NCBI RefSeq assembly: GCF_051201565.1
Contig: NZ_CP179200.1
Coordinates: 750,001-782,000 of the forward strand
Length of the DNA: 32,000 bases
Source of the DNA: Pseudothioglobus sp. nBUS_23
GTDB lineage: Bacteria > Pseudomonadota > Gammaproteobacteria > PS1 > Pseudothioglobaceae
Direction: 5' to 3'
This document shows, one piece after another, positions 1-8,211 of this stretch (the first letter of the stretch is position 1; the number at the start of each line of letters is the position of its first letter). Both the position numbers and the translations under genes were made by a program. The notes beneath the pieces were generated by a model. It had not been told where the DNA came from. It ran no database searches and saw only the letters and a list, made by a program, of their open reading frames with translations.

Positions 1-213
1 GAAGTCTTTATTGAAAACTTTAATTTGTCCAGAGTCCGCCTGATAAAAGCCATACAAGATACTCATTAATGTTGACTTACCGGCACCATTCTCACCAACA
101 ATTCCATGAATTGTTCCAGTTTGGACACTCAGGTTGACCTTGTCATTAGCGTGCACAGCACCAAAATGTTTATCAACATTGATTAGCTCAATGGCAATGT
201 TCGACTCAGTCAT
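1..213 (-). CDS. ABC transporter ATP-binding protein (CUT2/nucleoside type), N-terminal 71 codons only; gene continues beyond the left edge
   Basis: Absent from the ORF track because it is open at the window edge. The reverse complement of 213..1 reads [71 protein letters not shown], with Walker [10 protein letters not shown]. It is collinear with the N-terminus of the ATPase at 13117 and lies directly downstream of the BMP SBP gene on the same strand. Confidence 0.85.
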   Translation of the reverse strand, partial: MTESNIAIELINVDKHFGAVHANDKVNLSVQTGTIHGIVGENGAGKSTLMSILYGFYQADSGQIKVFNKDF

Positions 214-264
214 AGCTACTTATTTTAACCAAGAAATAGATTTATTATAGTTATATAGATTTGA

Positions 265-284
265 AACTTTTATATATAAAAGTT
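265..284. repeat. Perfect 20-nt AT-rich palindrome AACTTTTATATATAAAAGTT in the SBP-ATPase spacer; function unknown
   Basis: The sequence equals its own reverse complement over 20 nt and sits immediately next to the hairpin at 291-318. Confidence 0.9.
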
Positions 285-318
285 AAAAAAAAACATCCGG
301 CCCTAGAGCCGGATGTTT
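285..318 (-). terminator. Rho-independent terminator/attenuator hairpin after the BMP SBP gene
   Basis: Perfect 11-bp stem aaacatccggc (291-301) / gccggatgttt (308-318) with a 6-nt loop. On the minus (transcribed) strand the stem runs into a T-tract (A-run 285-293 on the + strand). It lies 22 nt past the stop at 340. Confidence 0.7.
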
Positions 319-339
319 TAATCTAAAAAAAACTGCTTG

Positions 340-1380
340 TTATAAAGGGCAGCTATTATCAGACATGTAGTCATGAACAACAATAGAGCCATCGATAATT
401 CCAGCTCTTGCTGCATCTACAGCGGCAAGCATGTCAGAAGAAACCAGATCAGCGTTGTACTCGTCCATTGCGGCACCAACACCATCTTCAGCTACTCCAT
501 TTACTTTAAAGCCACCTGACCATGTTCCATCAACAGCAGCAGCAAAGCTTTCATATGCAGCTAAACCAACTTTCTTGTACATTGAAGTCAGCATAGTTCC
601 TGGTTGCATGTAGTTCTGGTTTGAGTCTACACCAATTGCTAACACACCCATATCTGCAGCTGTTTGGTATACACCGATTCCAGTTCCACCAGCAGCAGCG
701 TAAACTACGTCAGCACCATTTTCAACTTGGCTACGAGTAATTTCACCACCCTTAGTTGGGTTGCCCCAAGCTGCAGGAGTTGATCCTGTCATCTGAGCTA
801 GAACATTCATAGAGCTATCAGCATGAGCAACACCTTGCTTGTAGCCACATTCGAAACGACTAATTAATGGAATATCCATTCCACCAACAAAACCTACAGT
901 CCCAGAGTTTGACGCCATAGCTGCCATGACTCCAACTAGGAAAGAGCCTTCATGCTCTTTAAAGATGACGTTTTGAACATTTGGAGCATCAACTACACCA
1001 TCGATAATAGTGAACTGAGTGTCTGGATATTCAGCTGCAGCTGCTGCAACTGCATTAGCCATAGTGAATCCCACAGCAATAACTGGTGAATAGCCACGCT
1101 GAGCAAACTTCTTAAGGCTTTGCTCCATCATTGCCTCGTTAGTTGGCTCTAATTCTGTAACCGCAATACCAGTGTCATTCATAAACTTCATTACACCGTT
1201 TACATAAACAGCCTCGTTGAATGACTTGTCATTTTTTCCGGCAGTGTCATAAACGACTGCTGGCTTGACATGACCATCAGCTTGAGCAATTGGTGCTGCT
1301 AAAAGAAACGTAGAAGCAATAACCGCTAAGCCAGTTTTTTTGAGCAATCCACTAAAATGTGAACGTTTCATGTTTTTCAT
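340..1380 (-). CDS. BMP-family (PnrA/Med-like) periplasmic substrate-binding protein of an ABC importer, probably nucleoside/purine
   Basis: 346 aa. Signal peptide ending AQA|DG with no lipobox Cys. BMP-type motifs DKSFNE, GFVGGMDIPLI and IGVDSNQ. AGGAG lies 8 nt upstream of the ATG at 1380. An ABC ATPase gene follows. Confidence 0.88.
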   Translation of the reverse strand: MKNMKRSHFSGLLKKTGLAVIASTFLLAAPIAQADGHVKPAVVYDTAGKNDKSFNEAVYVNGVMKFMNDTGIAVTELEPTNEAMMEQSLKKFAQRGYSPVIAVGFTMANAVAAAAAEYPDTQFTIIDGVVDAPNVQNVIFKEHEGSFLVGVMAAMASNSGTVGFVGGMDIPLISRFECGYKQGVAHADSSMNVLAQMTGSTPAAWGNPTKGGEITRSQVENGADVVYAAAGGTGIGVYQTAADMGVLAIGVDSNQNYMQPGTMLTSMYKKVGLAAYESFAAAVDGTWSGGFKVNGVAEDGVGAAMDEYNADLVSSDMLAAVDAARAGIIDGSIVVHDYMSDNSCPL

Positions 1381-1642
1381 TGTGTACTCTCCTTAGTTAT
1401 TAATCTTAATTTTTAATAGAAAAAAACCGTCATTAAAAAAAAGACAGTCAAAATATCTTTAGTATTAACTCAAGTTTTGTTCTTAAAAGTATATAGAAAT
1501 TAAATTCCCGAGTTATGAATATTCTATTCTTGAAAATGGTCTTTGTCAAAAAAAAATCGATATATTTTTCAATCTTCCTAAATTGGTATCCTTAAATTAA
1601 GTTTGGTGTTTTTTTTCTGTAATATTTTTATAATAAATAATG

Positions 1643-1666
1643 ATTGTTTACAATAATTGTCAACAA
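1643..1666. promoter_or_regulatory. Tandem inverted repeats ATTGTttACAAT and (A)TTGTcaACAA; candidate GntR-family operator
   Basis: 1643-1654 has 5-bp arms ATTGT/ACAAT with a 2-nt spacer. 1657-1666 has 4-bp arms TTGT/ACAA with a 2-nt spacer, 13 nt further on. Both fit the generic GntR half-site pattern GT-Nx-AC. They lie where a -35 would be for the TATAAT at 1676 and directly upstream of the GntR-like gene. Confidence 0.35.
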
Positions 1667-1675
1667 ATTTAGGCA

Positions 1676-1681
1676 TATAAT
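1676..1681 (+). promoter_or_regulatory. Consensus -10 hexamer TATAAT upstream of the regulator gene
   Basis: Exact TATAAT 17 nt before the ATG at 1698 and 35 nt before the ATG at 1716. No good -35 at 16-18 nt spacing. In an AT-rich spacer this can occur by chance. Confidence 0.3.
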
Positions 1682-1697
1682 AAAAGCTTTAGATTAA

Positions 1698-2396
1698 ATG
1701 ATTAAGGCTGAGTTAATGAATACTGAAATTCATAAAAATTCTGATGAGGTGGTTGACCTAGTTTTTGAAGCAATTCTAAAGAATCGCCTAAAGCCTGGTG
1801 TAAGACTTTCAGAAATATCTTTGCAGGAAGAGTTTGGCTACAGTCGCTCAGTTGTTAGACAGGGATTTGATAAGCTAGTTGATTCAGGCCTGCTGCAACA
1901 TAAGAAGAACCAAGGAGTCAGGGTGGCTTGCCCAACTAAAGAAGAGACGACTCAGATTTATGAAGCGAGGCAGGCTATTGAAAACGCTGTCATTACAATA
2001 CTGGTTAATAAGCACCAGAGTCAAAATTTAGATCTCTCTGCAATAGATGATTTGATTTCTGAAGAGAAACGCCTGCACAACACTTCTCAAAATGATGAGC
2101 ATACAAAACTATCATGCGACTTTCATCTAACTCTGGCAGAGTTATGTGGAAACAAATATATAGTGGAGAGCCTTAAGCCTCTAATTCCATTAAGCACTCT
2201 TGCAGCATCAGTTTACTCGAATCCAGAATCTAGCTTTTGCTCTTATGCAGAGCATAGTGATCTCATTCAGGCAATTAAAAGTAATGACTTGAATAGAGCC
2301 TCTAGATCAATTAAAAAACATCTAGATAACTGCGTCAAGTCACTTGATTTTAAAAAAACTATTAGAAACAGAAGTTACAGCAACATATTTAGCTAA
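1698..2396 (+). CDS. GntR-family transcriptional regulator (FadR-like, FCD-type C-terminal domain)
   Basis: 232 aa. N-terminal winged HTH RLSEISLQEEFGYSRSVVRQGFDKLVDSGLL and an all-helical C-terminal half. First gene of the purine array. The start is ambiguous: the ATG at 1716 has AAGG 8 nt upstream, whereas 1698 has no SD. Confidence 0.85.
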   Translation: MIKAELMNTEIHKNSDEVVDLVFEAILKNRLKPGVRLSEISLQEEFGYSRSVVRQGFDKLVDSGLLQHKKNQGVRVACPTKEETTQIYEARQAIENAVITILVNKHQSQNLDLSAIDDLISEEKRLHNTSQNDEHTKLSCDFHLTLAELCGNKYIVESLKPLIPLSTLAASVYSNPESSFCSYAEHSDLIQAIKSNDLNRASRSIKKHLDNCVKSLDFKKTIRNRSYSNIFS

Positions 2397-2401
2397 AAAT
2401 C

Positions 2402-3328
2402 ATGAATAAGAAAGTCTCCCAAAGTTTAAGTAGCTATCCTCGCAATATGACTGGTTATGGAAAAGACTCAGTTCATCCAAACTGGCCAAACAAAGCAAGG
2501 GTTGCAGTTCAATTTGTTTTGAATTACGAGGAAGGTGGGGAGAACTCTATTCTTCATGGAGACCATGCTTCTGAAACATTTCTTTCTGAAATAATTGGTG
2601 CTAAGGCATATGAAGGTGCAAGACATATGAGTATGGAGTCAATCTACGAATATGGGTCTAGGGTTGGAGTTTGGAGAATACTTAGGCTTTTCAAGGAATT
2701 TGATATTCCAATTACTATTTTTGCTGTCGGACTTGCGATTGCCAGAAATAGAGAGCTAGCTGATTATCTTGCTGAGCATGATTATGATATTTGTGCCCAT
2801 GGCTTTAGATGGATAGATTATCAATTTGTTGAAGAAAGTGTTGAACGTGAACATATGCAAGACTGCATAGCAATCATGACAGAATTTTTAGGTAAGCGAC
2901 CTGAGGGGTGGTATACCGGAAGAAACAGTCCCAATACCAGAAAACTCGTTATTGAAGAGGGCGGCTTTTTATATGACAGTGATGCATACGATGATGATTT
3001 GCCTTATTGGGCTAATGATTTTGAGACTGATAAAAAGCACCTTGTTATTCCTTACACTTTAGATGTCAATGACATGCGCTTTGCATCCCCACAAGGATTT
3101 AATTCGGGAGACCAATTTTTTAATTATCTCAAGGACAGTTTTGATGCCTTGTATCTAGAGGGAGAGGTAGCCCCAAAAATGATGTCAGTGGGCATGCATG
3201 CTCGAATTTTAGGAAGACCTGGCAGGATTATGGCTATGAGAAAATTTCTTGAATATGTATCAACTTTTAATGATGTTTGGTTCTGCTCTAGAAGGGGGAT
3301 AGCAGATCATTGGTATAAGAATTTTTAG
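2402..3328 (+). CDS. puuE: Allantoinase, PuuE type (polysaccharide-deacetylase fold)
   Basis: 308 aa with no signal peptide. N-terminal region YPRNMTGYG...PNWPNKARVAVQFVLNYEEGGE is typical of PuuE. It lies between the regulator and uraD in a ureide-pathway cluster. Confidence 0.85.
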   Translation: MNKKVSQSLSSYPRNMTGYGKDSVHPNWPNKARVAVQFVLNYEEGGENSILHGDHASETFLSEIIGAKAYEGARHMSMESIYEYGSRVGVWRILRLFKEFDIPITIFAVGLAIARNRELADYLAEHDYDICAHGFRWIDYQFVEESVEREHMQDCIAIMTEFLGKRPEGWYTGRNSPNTRKLVIEEGGFLYDSDAYDDDLPYWANDFETDKKHLVIPYTLDVNDMRFASPQGFNSGDQFFNYLKDSFDALYLEGEVAPKMMSVGMHARILGRPGRIMAMRKFLEYVSTFNDVWFCSRRGIADHWYKNF

Positions 3329-3338
3329 ATTTAAAGAT

Positions 3339-3863
3339 ATGAAGTTACCTCATGAATTAGCAAAACAATCGACAGATAAGTTTTTAGATGTTTTTAAAAA
3401 TTTATATGAACACTCGCCATGGTTTGTAGAGCAATCTATAGAGAAGGTAATAACAGATGAAAAGTACGACAACTTAGAAACATTCCACAAATTACTTTGT
3501 GAAATTATGCTTGCATCAGATACTGATATGCAAAATAATTTAATTACTGCTCATCCAATGTTGGCGGGAAAAAAGGCTCAAAATAATGAGTTAACAGATT
3601 TCTCAACAACTGAACAAAAATCAGCAGGATTAAATGATTGTACTGATGACGAAATTAAGCTTTTTGAAAAGCTTAATGAAGAGTATTTTTCAAAGTTTAG
3701 CTTTCCATTCATAATGGCTGTAAAAGAGAAAAATAAATCAGAAATTATTTCAAGCTTTATGATGCGGAAAAATAATTCTAAAGAGGAAGAAAGAGCTAAT
3801 GCTTTGGAACAAATTAACAAGATAGCCTGGCTTAGAATTAAGGAGATTTATGGAAAACAATAA
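3339..3863 (+). CDS. uraD: 2-oxo-4-hydroxy-4-carboxy-5-ureidoimidazoline (OHCU) decarboxylase
   Basis: 174 aa with motifs LYEHSPWFVE and AHPMLAGK. Overlaps the next gene by 14 nt. Confidence 0.88.
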   Translation: MKLPHELAKQSTDKFLDVFKNLYEHSPWFVEQSIEKVITDEKYDNLETFHKLLCEIMLASDTDMQNNLITAHPMLAGKKAQNNELTDFSTTEQKSAGLNDCTDDEIKLFEKLNEEYFSKFSFPFIMAVKEKNKSEIISSFMMRKNNSKEEERANALEQINKIAWLRIKEIYGKQ

Positions 3864-4848
3864 GCTCATTGATGTTGCTTGTTCTGATAATGGAACTAAG
3901 GTAATTTATTGTAGTGATGAGTTCTTTGCTGACTCTTCTCGAATGCTTCAATCTAGTAATCCAGTCTGGGTTGAAGGTAAATATGATGACAATGGAAAAT
4001 GGATGGATGGATGGGAGAGCCGACGCAGAAGAGATGGAAAGAATGATTTTTGCTTTATTCGTTTAGGTAAGAAAGCATCTATCAATAGTTTTAATATCGA
4101 TACAACCCACTTTACTGGAAATTTTGCTCCTGGCATCTCAATTCAGGGCTGCTCAGTCCCTGGAGGCACAACAGACGATTTAGTTGTTGACGGTAGTGCA
4201 GTTTCAGAATGGTTTGATCTTCTTGGCAAAAAAGAAATTATGGGGGACTCGCACAATCGTTTTGAATGCCCTGTGAATAATCCAATTACACATTTAAAAA
4301 TTACACTTCACCCAGATGGAGGTATTGCCAGGTTTAGGGCTTATGGTGAATTTTGGGAAGAAAAAAGAGATCCTAGTTTTGATGGTGTTAATGTTCTTTC
4401 TAAAGAGAATGGTGCTAGAGCTATTTACGCAAATGATGAGCATTTTGGCAGATTGAGTAATATATTAGAGAAGCATGAGCCATTGAGTATGGCTGATGGC
4501 TGGGAAACTAGAAGAAGAAGAGAACCGGGAAATGATTGGGGAGTTCTAGCGCTATCAAAGCCTGCGCAGGTTGATAAAATCATTGTAGATACAAAACATT
4601 TCAAGGGTAACTTTCCCCATAAATTCTCTATTTCTACTGCACATATTTCTGATGTAGAGAAATCGGTCATTCTAGAAGACAGTATGTCTTGGAAAAAACT
4701 GTTAGACCAACAAAAACTGGGCATGAATCAAATCCACACTTTTGAAAAAAATGACATATTGCATAATGAGCCCTTTAGCCATGTTCGAATTGATATTTAT
4801 CCTGATGGCGGGATTGCTCGTTTGAAGTTTATTGGTAAATTTATTTAG
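3850..4848 (+). CDS. alc: Allantoicase (allantoate amidinohydrolase)
   Basis: 332 aa with two internal allantoicase repeats, each carrying W-E-[ST]-R-R-R and HPDGGIAR-like motifs (GWESRRRRDG...LHPDGGIARFR; GWETRRRREPG...IYPDGGIARLK). AAGGAG SD lies inside the uraD 3' end. Confidence 0.93.
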   Translation: MENNKLIDVACSDNGTKVIYCSDEFFADSSRMLQSSNPVWVEGKYDDNGKWMDGWESRRRRDGKNDFCFIRLGKKASINSFNIDTTHFTGNFAPGISIQGCSVPGGTTDDLVVDGSAVSEWFDLLGKKEIMGDSHNRFECPVNNPITHLKITLHPDGGIARFRAYGEFWEEKRDPSFDGVNVLSKENGARAIYANDEHFGRLSNILEKHEPLSMADGWETRRRREPGNDWGVLALSKPAQVDKIIVDTKHFKGNFPHKFSISTAHISDVEKSVILEDSMSWKKLLDQQKLGMNQIHTFEKNDILHNEPFSHVRIDIYPDGGIARLKFIGKFI

Positions 4849-4850
4849 AT

Positions 4851-5372
4851 ATGAAAAATATTACACTTATTCCTGAAAAGTTGACTGAAAACAATTTTGC
4901 TGATTTTGGTGAGGTTGTATCCATCCATAATAAAGAATCAAAAACAATCAATAATGGCTTTGCTAGTAAATACTCTGATGTTGCTTTATTGGATACAAAT
5001 GAAGAGCAAGGTCATACAAGTGTTCATATCTTTGTAGCTAAAAGCAGACAATTTCCTCTTCATATCTCAATGTTAGAGAAGCATCCTTTTTTCAGTCAAA
5101 CCTTTATACCAAGGCATTCATCACCATTTTTAGTGGTAGTAGCGCCTCCTGCAGAGAAGCCATCAATTGAAAAACTTAAAGCTTTTATAACTAACGGTGA
5201 TCAAGGGATAAGTTATTCACGGGGTGTTTGGCATTTTCCTCTTATCAGTATGAATGACAATTCACAATTTATTGTCATAGACAGAAAATATAATGAAGAG
5301 CTCGATACGATTGAGCAGTGTGAAGAGGTTTCTTTAGGTGACATTAAAGTGGTTTTGGAGTTAGGCTTATGA
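4851..5372 (+). CDS. allA: Ureidoglycolate lyase (urea-releasing)
   Basis: 173 aa. Length, N-terminal LTENNFADFGEV region and position right after alc fit the ureidoglycolate lyase family. Confidence 0.8.
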   Translation: MKNITLIPEKLTENNFADFGEVVSIHNKESKTINNGFASKYSDVALLDTNEEQGHTSVHIFVAKSRQFPLHISMLEKHPFFSQTFIPRHSSPFLVVVAPPAEKPSIEKLKAFITNGDQGISYSRGVWHFPLISMNDNSQFIVIDRKYNEELDTIEQCEEVSLGDIKVVLELGL

Positions 5373-6544
5373 TGCAAATATACTTACTTGACTGGCTAAA
5401 TTTGGCATTAAAGCTGCTCCATGTCATTGCTGGAATTGCTTGGATTGGAGCATCATTTTATTTTAACTGGCTCGAAAACAAGCTTGATCGATTAAATAAC
5501 AGAGATGAAATTGCAGGTAACTTATGGGCAGTTCATGGAGGCGGTTTTTATCATCTAGAGAAATATAAGAAATACCCTCAAACTCTACCAGAGCCATTGC
5601 ACTGGTTTAAGTGGGAGGCATATGTGACCTGGCTGTCAGGAATATCGCTCCTCTCGGTTGTATATTATTTTAATGCGAGCACCTATTTATTAGCTACGAA
5701 TAGCTCAATATCTGCAATTTATGGTGTTGGTTTAAGCTTATTAGGATTAATACTTTTCTGGCTGATATATGACCTTTTATGTAAGTCAAAATTGGTTAAT
5801 AAATCAGCAGTATTTATTGCAATTATATTTATAGTCGTTTCATGTTTTGCGTTTTTCTACAGCAACATTTTCAATCCTAGGGCTGTCTATATGCAAATTG
5901 GCGCTATGGTTGGAACGGTTATGGTTGCCAATGTTTTCTTTGTAATTATCCCGGTGCAGAAAAAGCTTGTTGAGGCTTGTGAAAACTCCACAGAGGTTAG
6001 TTTGGAACTCGGAAAAACAGGCTATATTCGCTCTCGACACAACAATTACTTCACCTTGCCAGTGCTATTTATGATGATCAGTGGGCACTATCCTACTATA
6101 TATAGCGGAGAATATGGCTGGCTCGTATTAATTGCAGTCATTGGAATTTTAGTCATGGTCCGTCATTACTTTAATTTAAGGGGGGTTGGTAAAGCAAAGA
6201 ATAGCCTAATCGCTGTTATTGCATTATCAACGTTAGCTTTAATCTATGTACTGGCTCCATCACAAAGCAAAGTTCAGGTTCAGAATAAAGGCGAAGTTAC
6301 TATTGCTGAAGCTCAAATGATTATTGAAAAACATTGCGTTAGTTGTCACGCGGAAGAGCCTTCAAACAAAGCTTTTGCGATTGCTCCAAAAGGCATTATG
6401 CTTGACACCATCGAAAAAATTATGACGCATAAAGATCAAATATATAAGCAGGCAGTTTTATCTAAAGCAATGCCAATAGTTAACACTACAAACATGACTG
6501 ACCAGGAGAGAGAGAAGTTAGGCGTTTGGATTGAGGCAAATTAA
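5369..6544 (+). CDS. puuD: Integral-membrane urate hydroxylase with C-terminal cytochrome c domain (PuuD type)
   Basis: 391 aa with multiple hydrophobic helices. N-terminal LLHVIAGIAWIGASFYFNWLEN signature and a C-terminal soluble domain with heme c site CVSCH (nt 6335-6349). ATGA overlap with allA. Confidence 0.8.
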   Translation: MMQIYLLDWLNLALKLLHVIAGIAWIGASFYFNWLENKLDRLNNRDEIAGNLWAVHGGGFYHLEKYKKYPQTLPEPLHWFKWEAYVTWLSGISLLSVVYYFNASTYLLATNSSISAIYGVGLSLLGLILFWLIYDLLCKSKLVNKSAVFIAIIFIVVSCFAFFYSNIFNPRAVYMQIGAMVGTVMVANVFFVIIPVQKKLVEACENSTEVSLELGKTGYIRSRHNNYFTLPVLFMMISGHYPTIYSGEYGWLVLIAVIGILVMVRHYFNLRGVGKAKNSLIAVIALSTLALIYVLAPSQSKVQVQNKGEVTIAEAQMIIEKHCVSCHAEEPSNKAFAIAPKGIMLDTIEKIMTHKDQIYKQAVLSKAMPIVNTTNMTDQEREKLGVWIEAN

Positions 6545-7857
6545 TGAGCAACAATAGCTACTTTCGAAGTTCAATCTATCACTGCGTTGAGAGAAGTGCG
6601 AGTCTAACACCTGTTTATTTTGAGGATGGCCTGTTGGTTGTTGATATTGATTCAGGAAAAATTATTGATGTTGGCAACTTTTCAGACATTGAATCAGGTT
6701 ATGACGTATCAAGTAATTTGATTCATTTTAAGGATCGTTTAATCATGTCTGGCTTTGTTGATACCCATGTTCATTACCCTCAGTACAAGGTAATTGCATC
6801 ATATGGAACTAGCTTATTAGAGTGGTTAAATCAGTACACATTTGTTGAAGAGCAAAGATTTGCAGATGAGGATTATGCTGATCATATAGCTAACCTGTTT
6901 TTAGACGAGCTCATTAAAAATGGCACAACAACTGCGATGACTTTTTGTGCTTCCTTTAAGCAATCAGTTGATGCTTTTTTTAATGCATCACAACAAAGAA
7001 ATTTAAGGATGGTTGCAGGAAAAGTAATGATGGATAGAAACGCTCCTGAAATGCTTTGTGACAGCTCTGAAGACAGTTACATTGATTCGAAAGAACTGAT
7101 TGAGAAATGGCACAATAATGGGAGGTTGAGATATGCCGTCACCCCAAGATTTGCCATTACATCCTCAAAGTCTCAACTAGAGCAGGCCTCTAAGCTGTTG
7201 AGTGAATACCCAGATGAAGATGGACAAAAGGGCGTCTTGCTTCAGACTCATCTAAATGAAAATGATGAGGAGATAGGCTGGGTCAAAGAACTGTTTCCAG
7301 ACTCTGATAATTATTTCGGTGTCTATGATGATCTTCGAATTACAGGTAGCAATTCTGTTTTTGGGCATTGCATTCACAACACAGATGATGAATATCTAAA
7401 AATGGCTGAGACTGGCTCCAAGGTTTCTCTTTGTCCAAGGTCAAACCTTTTTCTGGGGAGTGGGTTGTTTGAACTAGAGAAATTAGAGAGTTACGGTATT
7501 GATGTTTCTTTGGCGTCAGATGTTGGTGGAGGAGATAGTTTTTCAATGTTTCAAGTCATGAATGAGGCTTATAAAGTGAGCCGAATGAATGATTTTAATT
7601 TAGACCCAGTGAAAGCGTTTTATTTGACTACTCTGGGCGCTGCAAAGGTTTTAAATATGGATGACTCCATTGGTAATTTAGAGCCAGGCAAGGAGGCTGA
7701 TTTTATTGTTATTGATTTAAATGCTACTGAAATAATAAGTCAAAAAAACAAAATTTCATCCAGTATTAAAGAGACACTATTTAATTTAATGACTCTTGGG
7801 GATGATAGACTTATAGATGAGGTTTATATCATGGGCCAAAGAACTTATAAAAAATAG
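6544..7857 (+). CDS. guaD: Guanine deaminase
   Basis: 437 aa amidohydrolase with metal motif DTHVHYPQ, THLNEN and ASDVGGG. TAATG overlap with puuD. Confidence 0.88.
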   Translation: MSNNSYFRSSIYHCVERSASLTPVYFEDGLLVVDIDSGKIIDVGNFSDIESGYDVSSNLIHFKDRLIMSGFVDTHVHYPQYKVIASYGTSLLEWLNQYTFVEEQRFADEDYADHIANLFLDELIKNGTTTAMTFCASFKQSVDAFFNASQQRNLRMVAGKVMMDRNAPEMLCDSSEDSYIDSKELIEKWHNNGRLRYAVTPRFAITSSKSQLEQASKLLSEYPDEDGQKGVLLQTHLNENDEEIGWVKELFPDSDNYFGVYDDLRITGSNSVFGHCIHNTDDEYLKMAETGSKVSLCPRSNLFLGSGLFELEKLESYGIDVSLASDVGGGDSFSMFQVMNEAYKVSRMNDFNLDPVKAFYLTTLGAAKVLNMDDSIGNLEPGKEADFIVIDLNATEIISQKNKISSSIKETLFNLMTLGDDRLIDEVYIMGQRTYKK

Positions 7858-7866
7858 GAATAATCT

Positions 7867-8211
7867 ATGGGAAAACTGACTACACACATACTCGACACAT
7901 CAATGGGATGTCCTGCTGAAAGAGTTGAGATTAAACTTTATAAGAGAAATGATTCTTCCCTGACACTCATTAATTCAGCAGAAACAAACAGAGATGGTCG
8001 ATGCAATGAGCCTTTATTGTCAGGAGATGCATTTGAAGAGGGTTGTTATGAGCTTGAATTTAATATAGATCAATATTATGCAAAAAAAGACATAGACTGC
8101 CCTTTTTTAAAAGATGTTGTGATTCGTTTTTATATTTCGAATGCTGATGAAAGCTATCATGTGCCTTTATTAATATCACCTTTCGGTTATTCAACCTATC
8201 GAGGAAGCTAG
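7867..8211 (+). CDS. uraH: 5-hydroxyisourate hydrolase (transthyretin-like)
   Basis: 114 aa. N-terminal THILDTSMG and the C-terminal YRGS tetrapeptide characteristic of HIU hydrolases. Confidence 0.93.
   Translation: MGKLTTHILDTSMGCPAERVEIKLYKRNDSSLTLINSAETNRDGRCNEPLLSGDAFEEGCYELEFNIDQYYAKKDIDCPFLKDVVIRFYISNADESYHVPLLISPFGYSTYRGS

Noticed and set aside
1420-1448. Weak hairpin in the minus-strand leader of the BMP SBP gene (ACUGUC / GACGGU with one G-U pair and an 11-nt A/U loop) followed by U7; possible leader attenuator.
   Set aside because: A 6-bp stem with a wobble pair and a large A/U loop is marginal in stability, and such structures arise easily in A/T homopolymer-rich spacers. It is not reportable without structure probing or conservation.
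1381-1697. Possible purine riboswitch or sigma54 (GG-N10-GC) promoter in the 317-nt divergent spacer upstream of the BMP SBP and regulator genes.
   Set aside because: Reading both strands, I found none of the conserved purine-riboswitch junction/loop sequences and no three-way-junction arrangement. The only GG (in aaattggtatcc, about 1595) is not followed by GC at the required spacing.
3850-3863. 14-nt overlap of uraD and alc considered as a possible mis-called start or fusion.
   Set aside because: AAGGAG lies at proper spacing before ATG 3850, and both proteins have full-length family-typical sizes (174 and 332 aa). This is an ordinary translationally coupled overlap.
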